Shown: positions 26,100 through 38,703 of the stretch, piece by piece
Layout of the letters: the number at the start of each line of letters is the position of its first letter
Numbering within the stretch: position 1 is the stretch's first letter
Assembly (NCBI GenBank): GCA_951406725.2
Contig: OX597828.1
Span: 14,322,001-14,386,000, forward strand
Origin: Octopus vulgaris
Taxonomy: Eukaryota
Direction of reading: 5' to 3'
DNA length: 64,000 nt
Position numbers and translations under genes: made by a program
The notes under the pieces: generated by a model
The model's input: the letters and a program-made list of their open reading frames with translations, nothing else
The model's database searches: none
Told to the model about the DNA's origin: nothing

Positions 26100-27479
26100 A
26101 GTTGCGTGCGAGCTAGCAGTGATTTTCGTGAAGCTGTGTGCTGAGTGATATTGTTGTGTTTACTTCGTAAGTTGTGACATTTGTGTTTTTGTGATCAGGC
26201 GTATGTTGTAGTCTGCGATTTTGTCATGGACAGGAACAAAAAGCCGGCGTGAAATTTTGCGTTAAGCTTTAGAAGTCTGTTACACAGACATTGAGCATGC
26301 TTTGGAAAGCTTACGCCGACGAGGCAACGGCTCGTACGCAATGTTTTGAGTGTCACGGGCGCTTAAAAAGCGGGAAAACGTCCCTGGAAGACCTGCTACG
26401 AGCGTCACCCCCGGAAATGTGGTATTGTGCATCGAGAATTCATACCCGGGGCCAGACCGTCAACCGAGAGTTCTACTGCGATGTTTTGAAATCACTGCTA
26501 GCTCTCACTGCGAACGCAACCGTCTGTTGTCGTCTGCTGACGCGCTACAGGACTAGTCTGGAAACTTTTTGATACCACCTCATAATTGAGGGCCTCAAAA
26601 TGCCAAACTGTTGCTGTATGGATTCCTCTATCAAATTTTTCGATCTAACCGTACACATTCTTATTCTTCTCTTTCGTTTATTTTTGTATATTTTGAGAAA
26701 GCGACCGGATCCGTGAAGCGCAAAGAACTGGATTCTTCATGATGACAATACACCCTGTCATCGAGCTCTCCTCATTCCTGAATTTCTCGCAAAAAAACAA
26801 CAAAGTATCGCTTCCGCATCCGCCCTATTCGCCATATCTGCAGACCTCCAGCTCTTCATCAAGATGAAAACGCAGCTCAAAGGTCGCCATTTTAACACTG
26901 TTGTCAAGATCAAGAGCGAATCGCAGAAAGTCATCGACTCGCTTACTGGAAAACGACTTTGTTGAAAAAAAAAAAAAAAAGGGCACGTATGAACGTTCAT
27001 TTTAAAGGTAGGAAACGAAAGGAAAGGTCACGGTTTCGCTTCGCAGCGAAACTAGAGGTGGTTTTAAGTTTAATTGTAAAATGTAATTGTAAAGTTAATT
27101 GTAAGGCTTAATCATAAAGTGTGTTTGTAAAGTTTAATTGTAAAGGTATTTACGGTTCGGCTCGCAGCGGGGGTTGGGGGTGGCGAGATGACCGTCCCAT
27201 TTGCATCATAATTATGTTCATTTCATTATCATTTTCCATTCGTCTTTATGTCCCCGCATGTCAGTTGTATGTCCCTCTATATTCAGGCCTTGTGCCTATA
27301 ATAAAGAGAAATACTGGAAAATGACTTCCGGGCTGGATTCCAAAAGTGGCAGGAACGCCGGGACCGGTGTGTTGCTGTGCAAGGTGATTATTTCAAAGGA
27401 GATGATGTAAAGACTTAGATAAATAAGTTATTTTTTCTATTAAACATAACTAATTCTGGAACTTTTTGATACTATCTCG
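26100..27479 (+). mobile_element. Fragmented mariner element with later insertions
   Basis: Translated pieces VKFCVKL*KSVTQTLSMLWKAY, VHREFIPGGQTVNREFYCDVLK, WILHDDNTPCH, LPHPPYSP and GFQKWQERRDRCVAVQGDYFKGD. 3' TIR ctggaactttttgatactatctcg|ta. An inverted 5'-end piece lies at 26488-26584. Confidence 0.85.
26960..27311 (+). mobile_element. 352-bp retroposed insertion ending in the SINE-B tail
   Basis: 16-bp TSD tactggaaaa(c/t)gactt (26944-59, 27312-27) splits the mariner ORF; ends tcaggccttgtgcctataataaagagaaa. Confidence 0.75.
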
Positions 27480-27481
27480 TA

Positions 27482-28345
27482 CGTGTTCTGATCAATAATT
27501 ATGCGGACTGTTACCATAGTAACAAAGTTAAAGCACACAGAGTAAAGCTGCTTGGCACATATTAACCTTGAATTCTGCTGTGTATGCGCACTAAGTTTTA
27601 ACATTCTAGCTCAATTCCGCTGTTTATAGCAGTGCTTGGAAGGAAGGTGTGTAGCGTGTGTTCGTCGCATTGACCATGACAGAGAAAGTTGAGCTGAGAA
27701 TCTGCATCAAATTTTGCCAAAAGCTTGGCGATACCTGCTCAGAGGCCTAAGCAAAGTTTTCAAAAAGTTTTCATCGTTCTCGACACCATCAAGAAGATCT
27801 TGACCCGAGTGCATTCTTGGTCAGCTGAAAGCAGTTTTGGCACAAACTTGGCAGACATGCATCTCATACCCAAATCTTCAGTGAATGGACTGAACTGAAC
27901 CGTAACTAATCTGCACATCCTCTGATAGCTCATGGATGGTGATTCGACGATTTTCCCTCACAGCTGTACGAACTTCTGCAATGTCTTTCACTGTTCTGCT
28001 GGTTGCGGGTCTCCCAGAACGTTCGTCAATATCAACATTTTTTCGGCCATCTTGGACACGCCTGAACCACTCTTACACTTGTGTACGGCTCATACACATC
28101 TCTCCATGCACTTTCTGCAACTTTGCATGGACCTCTCAGTAGGTATCGCCATGACAACTTCCTCTGTCGTGGTCAATGCGACGACTATACGCTACATACG
28201 TTCATTCCAAGCTCTGCTGTAAACAATGGAAGTGAGTTAGAACGTTAAAACACAGTGCGCATGCACAGCAGATTTCAAGGTCAATTTTTGTCGAGTGGCT
28301 TTACTCTACGTGCTTTAGCTTCGTTACTATGGCAACAGTTACTTC
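27482..28345. mobile_element. Two 5' halves of a second mariner family in convergent orientation (fold-back)
   Basis: Plus copy 27482-27768 with MTEKVELRICIKFCQKLGDTCSEA (ATG 27676). Minus copy ~28340-27770 has the same 5' UTR. Confidence 0.8.
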
Positions 28346-28755
28346 GTTACTATGGTGACAGAGTGTTTTTTGAAATTAACCAAAATTTCCACTGAGAACT
28401 ATAAATGTCATCTAAACACATTCCCCCCAACAAACTACAGTAAAGTAGCACCCAACCATTCGTTAATCCAGTAATTATAGATTCCAAAAATACATGGAAA
28501 AAACTCCACCAAACGGTCTTTTTAACGTCAACTTATCTAACTTCACTCGCGCCTTTGAAGCCGTTTAAGGCTTTTAAAGGCGTCTATAAACAAAGATCAA
28601 ACTTTGTTTTGTGATTGAACTTAAAGATATTTGCTCTAAAAACTACGTAGCTCGTTCTTGTTTAAATTATGCAAATTAACTAAGCCATAAATGTGTTCTG
28701 CTCCTTCTTGAATAAGTCTAAGTCCTTAGTTTACTGGAGACAAGGTAATGCAATT

Positions 28756-28800
28756 GTCGTGCTGATGATGGTAATCGAGTCAGAAACACGTATCCACGAC
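28756..28800 (+). ncRNA. Minimal type-I hammerhead ribozyme motif (Penelope-type), slightly decayed
   Basis: Stem I gtcgtg/cacgac; core CTGATGA (28762-68); stem II tgg/tca; GAAA (28783-86); near-palindromic stem III acacgtat; cleavage triplet ATC (28792-94). Confidence 0.6.
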
Positions 28801-30672
28801 TGTCCTCTTATTTCCAGTACTTTTCCCTAATGGTGTGTCAATTAGGAGAATTGTTGATTCTTGAGATTACTTGTCCTTCTCATTTGGAGCTGGACTTAAA
28901 TTGTCATTTGGTAATTATGATACATCCACGAGAGACGGAGATAATTTTAATAAATCTAGATTTTAAGTTGTATGATATTACATATACTCCTGCCCATATA
29001 TATAAATATATATACGCGTGTGTGTGTATGAGAGAAAGATAGATAGAGAGAGAGAGTGTGTGTGTGTTTATGTGTGTACACATAGAGCCAGACAGATATG
29101 TGTTTGTAATCACGTTCATGTATGTATGTATGTATGTATGTATGTATGTATGTATGTATGTATGTATGTATGTATGTATGTATGTATGTATGTATGTATG
29201 TATGTATGTATGTATGTATGTATGTATGTGAAGGTGAGTAGCTTCGTTTTTAGGGTATTGGATTCATGGTCGTTAGGTCGTGGATGCAAATCTAAGATGG
29301 GGCGGTGCATTTATTTCCCGTTGTTCTAATCCACTCATCTGAAAATTTGTAACATCTGCAACTAGGAGTTAACCCTAGGAAGGACTTGCGTCTTTTCCCG
29401 ATGAAGGCGTCGCACTCACGATCGGGAAATCGAAGTTTCGATTCTCAGACCTGTTGTGCGTTGTGTTTTTTTTTTTGCAAAACACTTCATTTCGCGTTGC
29501 TTCAGTCTTCTCAGTTGTAAATGGGTAACATTGCGATGGATTGATGTACAAGAGTTAGATGACGACTCAGGAAAACCACCCAAACGGAGGTCACGCGAGC
29601 CACGTGTTGTATTCGGTGATCGGAACGATGAACAGTACAACCCATACTGTGAATCCCGACCGATTGCGATTGGTTGTTTAACCATGTCAAAGGTCAATTA
29701 ATCATGAGTCGGAACGTCTTATCCTGTAATTTCAGTCGCTTAAACGCATCGGAAACCTCATACTAGCCCTATCCTTATTAGCCCATAGCACGAGGCCAGC
29801 TTCCCTTTTTCAAGCGCCAGTATTAGAGACCCTGAAAAAATCCAATAGGATCATGAGTAATACATTTTAGTTGCCAAAAAAAAACAAAAGAAAAAAGTGT
29901 CTATTACGAGAATATTTAATCTCTTCTGGGATTCGATCCCTAGAATCGGCACAATCCAATTAGACAGGGCAGAACACTGACTACAATGGTTCTCTGCATG
30001 GCGTTCTTTCTGTTTCCATCCGCCTTAGCTATGATATGTCGAAAATGCTTTCTAAAGCAATAACCCAGACCCACTGTGATTAGATCAATAGAAGGTGGTT
30101 CATGAATAATTGACAATAGCAAGAGACACGGTGGATTCATATCAATGAACATGTGTCACTAAATTCGATATATCTAAATACGTTTGACCTTGTTACGAAG
30201 ACATTGCCAAGCTAAAATTCTCCATATGCAAATAAAATAACAGAGCGCGTACGATAAGTGGCAAGTGGTTTGCAGCGAGAGAGGAAGTAATTAGTCAATT
30301 CATAAGCTGTGTAATGCTTTCTCTAATTTTCTTTCCTCTGATTCTATGTGACACTCAGAACAATCTTAATGATTTCGATTATAAGTTACCCGAGGCGCGC
30401 GCGCGTCTCTGTGTGTGTGTGTGTGTGTCCCACTTTCGATTACCTACCGGTATGTGACTTTGATCGATATATTTTTGCTTGACATTTCTTGATGCTCGTA
30501 TTTTGCTGCATATATACACAAACACTGCAACCATGTGAATTTTATATGCGCTTCAATTATACATATTCTTCAGTTTTTGTTCGTATTACCATTTCTGGAA
30601 CTCTCTACAGTAACATTTCGTTTTTGGATTTGGTTTGCAAGATTCTTTATTTGAGTTCGAGGGTTGAAGCAT

Positions 30673-30825
30673 ATTCTGTTGTGTCTGGGGAGAGTCATTT
30701 TCTTTTTGTGCCTTATAATGTAATTTTAGGAAAATAAAAATAAGAAATAAGTGGAAATTTTACCGGTGAGTGTATTACATTATAAGACACAAAAAGAAAA
30801 TGACTCTCCCCAGACACAACAGAAT
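30673..30825. repeat. 52-bp inverted repeat, 49-nt spacer (Penelope-like remnant)
   Basis: Arms 30673-30724 and 30774-30825, one mismatch. Confidence 0.85.
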
Positions 30826-31038
30826 CTACAGTAACAGTTAATTGAACATGTGAAACATGCGGGCACACTATGCTACATGGATTTGATATACAACAAATTT
30901 GAAACCTAAATCATAAATCATAATAAATCATCTTTAATCATTATTCTGGATCATGCTCATCACTTCAAACGATTCTCTGAAAATTGCAGCTGACGAAGTC
31001 AAGAAGAATAGGTTGGATGAATATGTGACATACGCACA

Positions 31039-31084
<46 letters not shown>

Positions 31085-31162
31085 GTCAATGAGGCGGTTA
31101 AACAAAGAAGAGAGCTCCTTCATAATCGCTTAATTTGCTGAAATAGTATCCAAATCTTCCTC

Positions 31163-31560
31163 AGGCGCAGGAGTGGCTGTGTGGTAAGTAGCTTGCTTAC
31201 CAACCACATGGTTCCGGGTTCAGTCCCTACTTCGTGGCGCCTTGGGCAAGTATCTTCTACTATAGCCTCGGGCCGACCAAAGCCTTGTGAGTGGATTTGG
31301 TAGACGGAAACTGAAAGAAGCCTGTCATGTGTATGTGTGTGTGTATATGTTTGTGTGTCTGTGTTTGTCCCCACTAACATCGCTTGACAACCGATGCTGG
31401 TGTGTTTACGTCCCCGTAACTTAGCGGTTCGACAAAAGAGACCGATAGAATAAATACTAGGCTTACAAAGAATAAGTCCTGGGGTCGATTTGCTCGACTA
31501 AAGGTGGCGGTGCTCCAGCATGGCCACAGTGAAATGACTGAAACAAGTAAAAAGAGTAAA
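31163..31560 (+). mobile_element. SINE family A, full length, young-looking
   Basis: ggcgcaggagtggctgtgtggtaag head, B-box ggttcagtcc, internal (TG/TA)n, tail gactgaaacaagtaaaaagagtaaa. Other plus copies at 37270-37692 and 57006-57420. Confidence 0.92.
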
Positions 31561-31725
31561 TTATGCCACTATCTTTTATCTTAAAAAAAAAAAAATTTCT
31601 TTTGAAGCCTGATAGTTACTCTGTCGGTTTCTTTTTCCAGACCGCTAAGTAACAGGACGGAAAACATACCACCACCAGTTGTCAAGCGGTGGTAGGGGAC
31701 AAACATATACACAAGGACTCCCTTG

Positions 31726-31807
<82 letters not shown>

Positions 31808-31899
31808 ATAGACATGGCGTCCTTTTTCCTGCTTCCGCCTACGCACAAGGCTTTGCCCGGTCTGATCAAGAATGAGATGGGAAACTATCTATCCATCTT

Positions 31900-32265
31900 C
31901 TCCACCTCCACTGTTCCTGGGCGTGTCGTGTGTGTGTGGCGGGGGGGGGGGTAGAATCCTCAGGCACCTCCTCCATAGGGTCTTATCAGAAGCAGCTGTC
32001 ATTAGACTTTCCGGATGGATTCCTAAGTGTGACCAGCTTAGACTGAGGACATTATCCAACCATCACATTCTTTGGTTTAGCCCTAGGTCTCCTATTGGTT
32101 GGCTCGGTTTGAAGAATTCGTGTTGCTATTCTTTCCTGCAACATTCTAATCACATATCCTTTGTGTCGGGGCTATGGCCCCTCGATGCACTGAACTGGAG
32201 AGACTTCCTGATCGTTGAGCTACTCAAGGGATCCTTCGAAGGAATTCGATTCCGACTGCTTCTAT
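31900..32265 (-). mobile_element. RTE-clade LINE 3' fragment
   Basis: Reverse complement of the family at 49340-49695 (gtgattagaatgttgcag, gccaaccaa..agacctagg, ctatggaggaggtgcctgagg). Confidence 0.7.
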
Positions 32266-32469
32266 TTGCGATCGTATTCTTTCGATCATTATTCGACATT
32301 CACGATCAGGACTAGGGATGTCGACAGGCACAAAAACCGAATTGATGATGGCAGCTCCATAATATAAATAAATTAAAATTCGTCCGAAATTTTAATCCTG
32401 CTATCGGATTAGGTTTTGAGAATTTAATATATGCCCATAACTCTCAATGGTTAATTACTAGCAGAACAT

Positions 32470-32875
32470 AGGTTCTTCATAGTCCTCATTTAACGTGTTC
32501 TGCTTGGTTTCTTTCATTTCATGTGATTCCGTGCCATTCTTATCACATTCATTTCCTCCCCTACTGATCTCCACCAGATGGTCATGTGTTATCACACTTT
32601 CATTTCCCATCTCTGGGTTTCAATCCATAACATGCCGAGTCAAACATCCTTCCGGTATTCTTCTTATATAACCTACCCATCTTTACTTTCGTATCATTTT
32701 TTTTGTTTGCCAATGGGTTCCAGAAGTCTTTGTTCACAATTTTTGGAGGTCCGATATTTAGTATTCCTGAAGAAGTATCTCTCCATGAATGTTTGGAGCT
32801 TTCTGGTAATGTTTACGTTCATTCCTTATGAATCGATATCTTTTAGCAGGATGGAGATTTGGCGTTGCTATTAAA
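32470..32875 (-). mobile_element. Old RTE-clade LINE 3' fragment
   Basis: Frameshifted translation includes MNVNITRKLQTF, ILNI and RWVGYIRRIPEGCLTRHVMD*NP, typical of the RTE post-RT region. Confidence 0.65.
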
Positions 32876-33442
32876 AATTCTCAACTTAATACGTCCAGAA
32901 TTATTACAGTTATTGTTATCAAGGCAGTGAGCAGCCAGAATCATTAGCTTACCGGACAAAATGCTTAGTGGCATTTCAGCCGTCTTTGCGTTCTGAGTTC
33001 AAACTCCGCTTCGATCGACTTTGCCTTCCATCCTTTCGGGGTCTATGAAACAAGTACCAGTGCAGTACTGGGGTTGATCACATCGACTAGCCCCTTCTCC
33101 AAAATTTTAGGCTTTGTGCCTATAAGTAGAAAAGATTATTAAGGCGAAGGCAGAGGTAATAAAAAATGAAACTAAGACAAAGGATTATGTAAGCATATAT
33201 AGTCTTAGCGTTAGACTTTACACTTAGTCTACAGCTTGCTGGTCACCGCAGCCGTCTTAACCTGGTGTGCCAGCTGTCGTCAGATCTCCAAGTCTTTAAA
33301 GAGGCGGGTTGGATTGCGCGGGCTGATTCGCATTTTAAAACTACTCAACTGGAAGAAAAGCCCGGCAACGTCAAGGATCGGTTTACATAGCCACTTGAGG
33401 GTGTGCCGCTCTTCCTCACGATCTTGAGACACGATATATATT

Positions 33443-33505
<63 letters not shown>

Positions 33506-33527
33506 TGTATGTATGTATGTATGTTTA

Positions 33528-34066
33528 TGTCAGGTCACTTTCGAGTGCTACTGGTGACATGAAACCTAGTACAACCTGTTGCATTGTCGGGTCATCGGCG
33601 ACTAAACCGCAACTCCACTAAGCTTGCTTGGTGAGGAGACACCCTGCGAGATGAAAAACAAAACACGTCATAGGGCGGAGGAACTCTTGAGAGTCAACGG
33701 CCATCCAATAAATGTATTAACGATGTATCATGCGCGGGGAGATAGAAATAATCGAACTGAATACTCTTCCGCGGTTAAACCATTGGGAGTGAAGGACTCC
33801 TAGCCTTTGTTAGGGCATCCTTCTAGGAGAAGGTAACTCAGGTAACTGGGATAACTCCGACATAAAACCTGCGGCTCAGTGGTTACCGATGATGTTGAAT
33901 TGTTCTTCTTTTCGGATTTTGGCTGGTGTTGCTTAGTGAGTGGGATTGACTCAGTGCACAGCCTATCCTCACTTTAAAAAAATCTTCTTGCACAGACATT
34001 GCACGATAACAACATTGATTAAGCTTCGTGCAATGGCCATACTCGATAACGAGGGGGCAGCCACCA
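33528..34066 (+). mobile_element. Non-autonomous element with RTE-like 5'UTR motif, inserted in (TATG)n
   Basis: Contains ttagggcatccttctaggagaaggtaactc...aaacc, similar to RTE 5'UTR motifs; flanked by microsatellite on both sides. Confidence 0.5.
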
Positions 34067-34068
34067 TG

Positions 34069-34111
<43 letters not shown>

Positions 34112-34121
34112 ACATATCAAC

Positions 34122-34546
34122 AAAATTTAGATTCAGATGAATATGGTACTTAAGTTAAAGGTACCAACATTTTGTATGGTATTATCCATATAAATCAAAT
34201 GGGGTGATTGTAATCAAAATAAGCAACAAGGATATCCAAGGTAGAGTAGTGCAATTGTTTCATGCTACTTCATTTTATTAAACACTGTAAGCATTACATC
34301 AGTGTTAAAATGTCGAGCAATCTTCAGCCACTTATAGAATTTTCCAATTAAACGGACAATACACATTCTTATCCCTATTTCATTTGTTTAATAAAATGAA
34401 GTAGCATGAAACAATTGTACTACTCTACATTGGATATACTTGTTGCTTATTTTGATTATAATCACCCCATTTGATTTATATGAATAATACATACAAAAGT
34501 TTGGTAGCTTTAACTTAAGTACCATATTCATCTGAATCTAAATTTT
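34122..34546. repeat. ~163-bp inverted repeat with ~100-nt spacer (probably Penelope-like remnant)
   Basis: Arms 34122-34284 and 34385-34546 are clearly reverse-complementary, with scattered mismatches. Confidence 0.9.
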
Positions 34547-34617
34547 ACTGTTTTCGTATTTCATGTTGTTTACATTTTGCGCCGTCCTGTACCCATATAT
34601 GTATATATATATGTATA

Positions 34618-34709
<92 letters not shown>

Positions 34710-34718
34710 CTCAATTTG

Positions 34719-34761
<43 letters not shown>

Positions 34762-34778
34762 ATGTATGTACATACATG

Positions 34779-34955
<177 letters not shown>

Positions 34956-34974
34956 ATTTATATTATAATATGAT

Positions 34975-35395
34975 TGAACGCCACCACACATCCATTTCCA
35001 AGTAGATATATGATGGGGCAGCAAGACGTTCCCAGTAATCCTGGTTTTAAGCGTAGTCGCCTGCATTTAGCCAAGTGATGCTAAGGTACTTCAGATCTTC
35101 TTTGAGGGTGGAGCGCCATCCCATCTCCCGCTCTCCTTCTCTTCGCTCTTCCCTCCGGTGTGATTCAGTTATTCATTGTACTGCTGTCTTGACTACCCGT
35201 TCTTCTGGAAGGCAAAAGAGAAATTGTGTCTCGAGCACAATAATGCTCGCCGACAAAACCCAGCTGATAGAGTTTAAAAGATAGCCTAGAGCTTGAATGG
35301 ATAGGCGGTTTGAGGAAAGCTTCTTATCTGCTCTGTCAACAGGCCGTAGAGTCTCGAAGGGAAAAGAAACAGACGAAAGACAGAGGAGCTGAGAT
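34975..35395 (-). mobile_element. Old RTE-clade LINE 3' fragment
   Basis: Translation LPEERVVKTAVQ*...[33 protein letters not shown]. Confidence 0.7.
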
Positions 35396-35427
35396 TCTCT
35401 TCTATATAGATAAAAGCTGCGAGTGAA

Positions 35428-35668
35428 ACACCACCATTATCATCATCGTCGTCGTCGTCGTCGTCGCCGTCGTCATCATTATTATCCTCGCTGCCACTAC
35501 CACCACCACCACCCACCACCACTACCACCAACCATCATCATCAGCATCATCACCATCATAATCGTCATCATCACGACGACGACGACCACCACCACCACCA
35601 CCACCACCACCCACCATCATGATCGGCATCATCACCATCATAATCGTTATCAGCATCATCACCATCAT

Positions 35669-35700
<32 letters not shown>

Positions 35701-35980
35701 CGACCACTACCACCATCATCGTCGTCATCATCATCCTCATCATTATCATCGTCACAGCCACCACCACCACCACCACCACCACCCACCATCATCATCATCA
35801 GCAGCATCATCACCATCATAATCGTCATCAGCATCATCATCATCACGACCACTACCACCATCATCGTCGTCATCATCATCCTCATCATTATCATCGTCAC
35901 AGCCACCACCACCACCACCCACCATCATCATCATCAAATGCAGCAGCATCATCATCATCATCATCATAATCATCAGCATA

Positions 35981-36011
<31 letters not shown>

Positions 36012-36340
36012 CGACCACTACCACCATCATCGTCGTCGTCGTCGTCGTCGTCATCATCATTATCATCGTCACAGTCACTACCACCACCACCACCACCACC
36101 ACCACCACCACCACTATCATCATTGTCATTCTCATCATCATCGTCATCTTCCTCATCATCATCATTGCCGTTGTCATCGTCATCGTCTTCATTATCGTCA
36201 TCGTCGTCGTCGTCGCCAACATCATTATCGCCGTTATCATCATTGTCATCATCATCATCATCATCGTTGCTGTCGTTTTTCTCATCCTCGTCATTGTCGT
36301 CGATGTCGTCATCATCATCATCATCACCATCAACAACAAC
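35428..36340. repeat. Compound (CAT/CAC/CGT)n array with higher-order internal duplications
   Basis: Block cacgaccactaccaccatcatcgtcgtc recurs at ~35699, ~35843 and ~36009; source of the His/Asp/Ser-rich ORFs. Confidence 0.9.
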
Positions 36341-36378
36341 AGCACTTATGGTAATTGAAGAAAAGATAAGATTCAAAA

Positions 36379-36459
<81 letters not shown>

Positions 36460-37407
36460 GAGTGTAGGAAGTCGAGAATGAAAAGGTAAGGCGGAATATT
36501 TCTTCAGGTGCGATGTGACATTCTTGGGTACGTTGAAGATTGAGTGGGAGGAGAGGAATGTGTACAATATTCAGAGAGAGAAAGAGGAAGATAGATACAG
36601 AGAAAAAGAGAGAGGGAAATAGATAGAGACTGAGAGAGAGAGAGAGAGTGAGCGAAAAAGAGTGGTGGAAGGGGAGAAGGAGAGGATGGGTGAATTACAA
36701 GAAGTAGAGTAGTAGTAGTAGTAGTAGGAGGAGGAGGAGATGACGGAGGATGAAAAAGACGAAGAAGAGAAAGAATTTATTGAAGGAGATAGTTGTAAAG
36801 AAAACAGAAAGTAATGTGATGAAGTGACGTTAAAAAACTCATTAGGATGTCGCAGGTAAGAAAAGAGAAAAACGTATGCATTGTCATTAAGCCCCGAAAC
36901 GGCCAAGATCCAACAAAGTTATCCAGTCGTGACCATCTCATATTATTTTCAAGAATGTGCCCTCCGAAGGACGACATTGTCTAACGCTGTCATTATTTTG
37001 TTGTGGCTTTTAGCATTTTATCCGGCCCTACCTGGTCCTAATATTCTACTTGTTTTAGGTTCAAACCGGTCTGATCCGGTCTCTCACACCTTCACTACAA
37101 TGTCATTCCAGAACTAACTAGTCACGAAATCTTGAAGCTACAGGATAAACGTACCCAAGAATGTCACATCGCAGCAGAAGAAATATTCCGCCTTACCTGA
37201 CTTCCTACACTTATTTCTCTCTCTCTCCCTCTCTCTCTTTTTTGAATCTTATCTCTCTGCGAGAAAGATAGAGCTTGCTTACCAATCACATGGTTCCGGG
37301 TTCAGTCCCACTGCGTGGCACCTAGGGCAAATGTGTTCAGCTATAACCTCGGGCCGACCAAAACCTTGTGAGTGGATTTGATAGACGGAAACTGAAAGAA
37401 GCCCGTC

Positions 37408-37484
<77 letters not shown>

Positions 37485-37696
37485 TGTGTTTGTCCCCCCA
37501 CCATCGCTTGACAACCGATGTTGGTGTGTTTACGTCCCCGTAACTTAGCGGTTCAGCAAAAGTGACCGATAGAGTAAGTACTAGGCTTACAAAGAATCAG
37601 TACTGGGGTCGATTTGCTCGACCAAAGGCGGTGCTCCAGCATGGCCGCAGTCAAATGACTGAAACAAGTAAAAGAATAAAAAGAATAAAAGAATGT

Positions 37697-37975
37697 GAAT
37701 AGGCGCAATGGCCTAGTGGTTAGGGCAGCGGACTCGCGGTCGCAGGATCGCGGTTTCGATTCTCAGACCGGGCGTTGTGTGTGTTTATTGAGCGAAAACA
37801 CCTAAAAGCTCTACGAGGCTCCGGCAGGGGGTGGTGATCCCTGCTGTACTCTTTCACCACAATGGCGGTGCCCCAGCATGGCCACAGCTCAAGAGCTGAA
37901 ACTGGAAAAACAAAACCAAAACAAATATGGCTGTGCCCCAGCATGGCCACAGCTTGTGAGCTGAAACTAAATAGA
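37697..37975 (+). mobile_element. Family-C SINE head fused to two tandem CR1-type tails
   Basis: tRNA-Arg head through ctctttcaccacaa, then ggcggtgccccagcatggccacagctcaagagctgaaac and ggctgtgccccagcatggccacagcttgtgagctgaaac. Confidence 0.75.
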
Positions 37976-38254
37976 ATTTTTAAAAAATAAATAAAAAATA
38001 AGCATTACATTTGACAGAGTAATCTGAAGGTTAAAGGTTTTACGCGGTAAGAATTCAATTGCTCTTTCTAGCAGTTTGGGAGACCACGTCGGAGCCCTCC
38101 CGTTGGTTTTTACTGATTGCTTATGTGAATGCAAAGAATATGTTTTATGCGTGATGCTACTATGCGAGAAAGATAGAGATGGTTCTCGAAGCTGGTTTAG
38201 TAGTAGAGATTATACATGAGGTCGTGGTGGTGGTGGTGGTTGCGGAGGCGGTGG

Positions 38255-38288
<34 letters not shown>

Positions 38289-38370
38289 GGTGAACTTTGC
38301 AAAAAGGAGGAGGAGGAAGGGGAAGCAGCGAAAAAGATGAGGCACTACTACTACTACTACTACTACTACA

Positions 38371-38420
<50 letters not shown>

Positions 38421-38703
38421 AAACAAATCGACCCCAGTACTTATTCTTTGTAAGCCTAGTGCTTATTCTATCGGTTTCTTTTGCCGAACCGCTAAGTTCG
38501 CGAACACACACACACCAACACCGGCTGTCAAGCGATGATGAGGGGACAAATACAGACACACAAACATTGACAAGAAGAGACTTTAAAAAATACGTGAATA
38601 TAGCGGAAAAAATATGGTGGTGGATCTCCGTCGTTCGACGAAGACGACTGAATTGTTTGATTAATTAGATTATCTGCTCCTGAATTAGTGAAGTTGAATT
38701 TTT

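Noticed and set aside
35423-36461. His-, Asp- and Ser-rich ORFs up to 197 aa (resembling histidine-rich structural proteins)
   Set aside because: Open in many frames on both strands because they translate a compound trinucleotide microsatellite; no splice or domain evidence.
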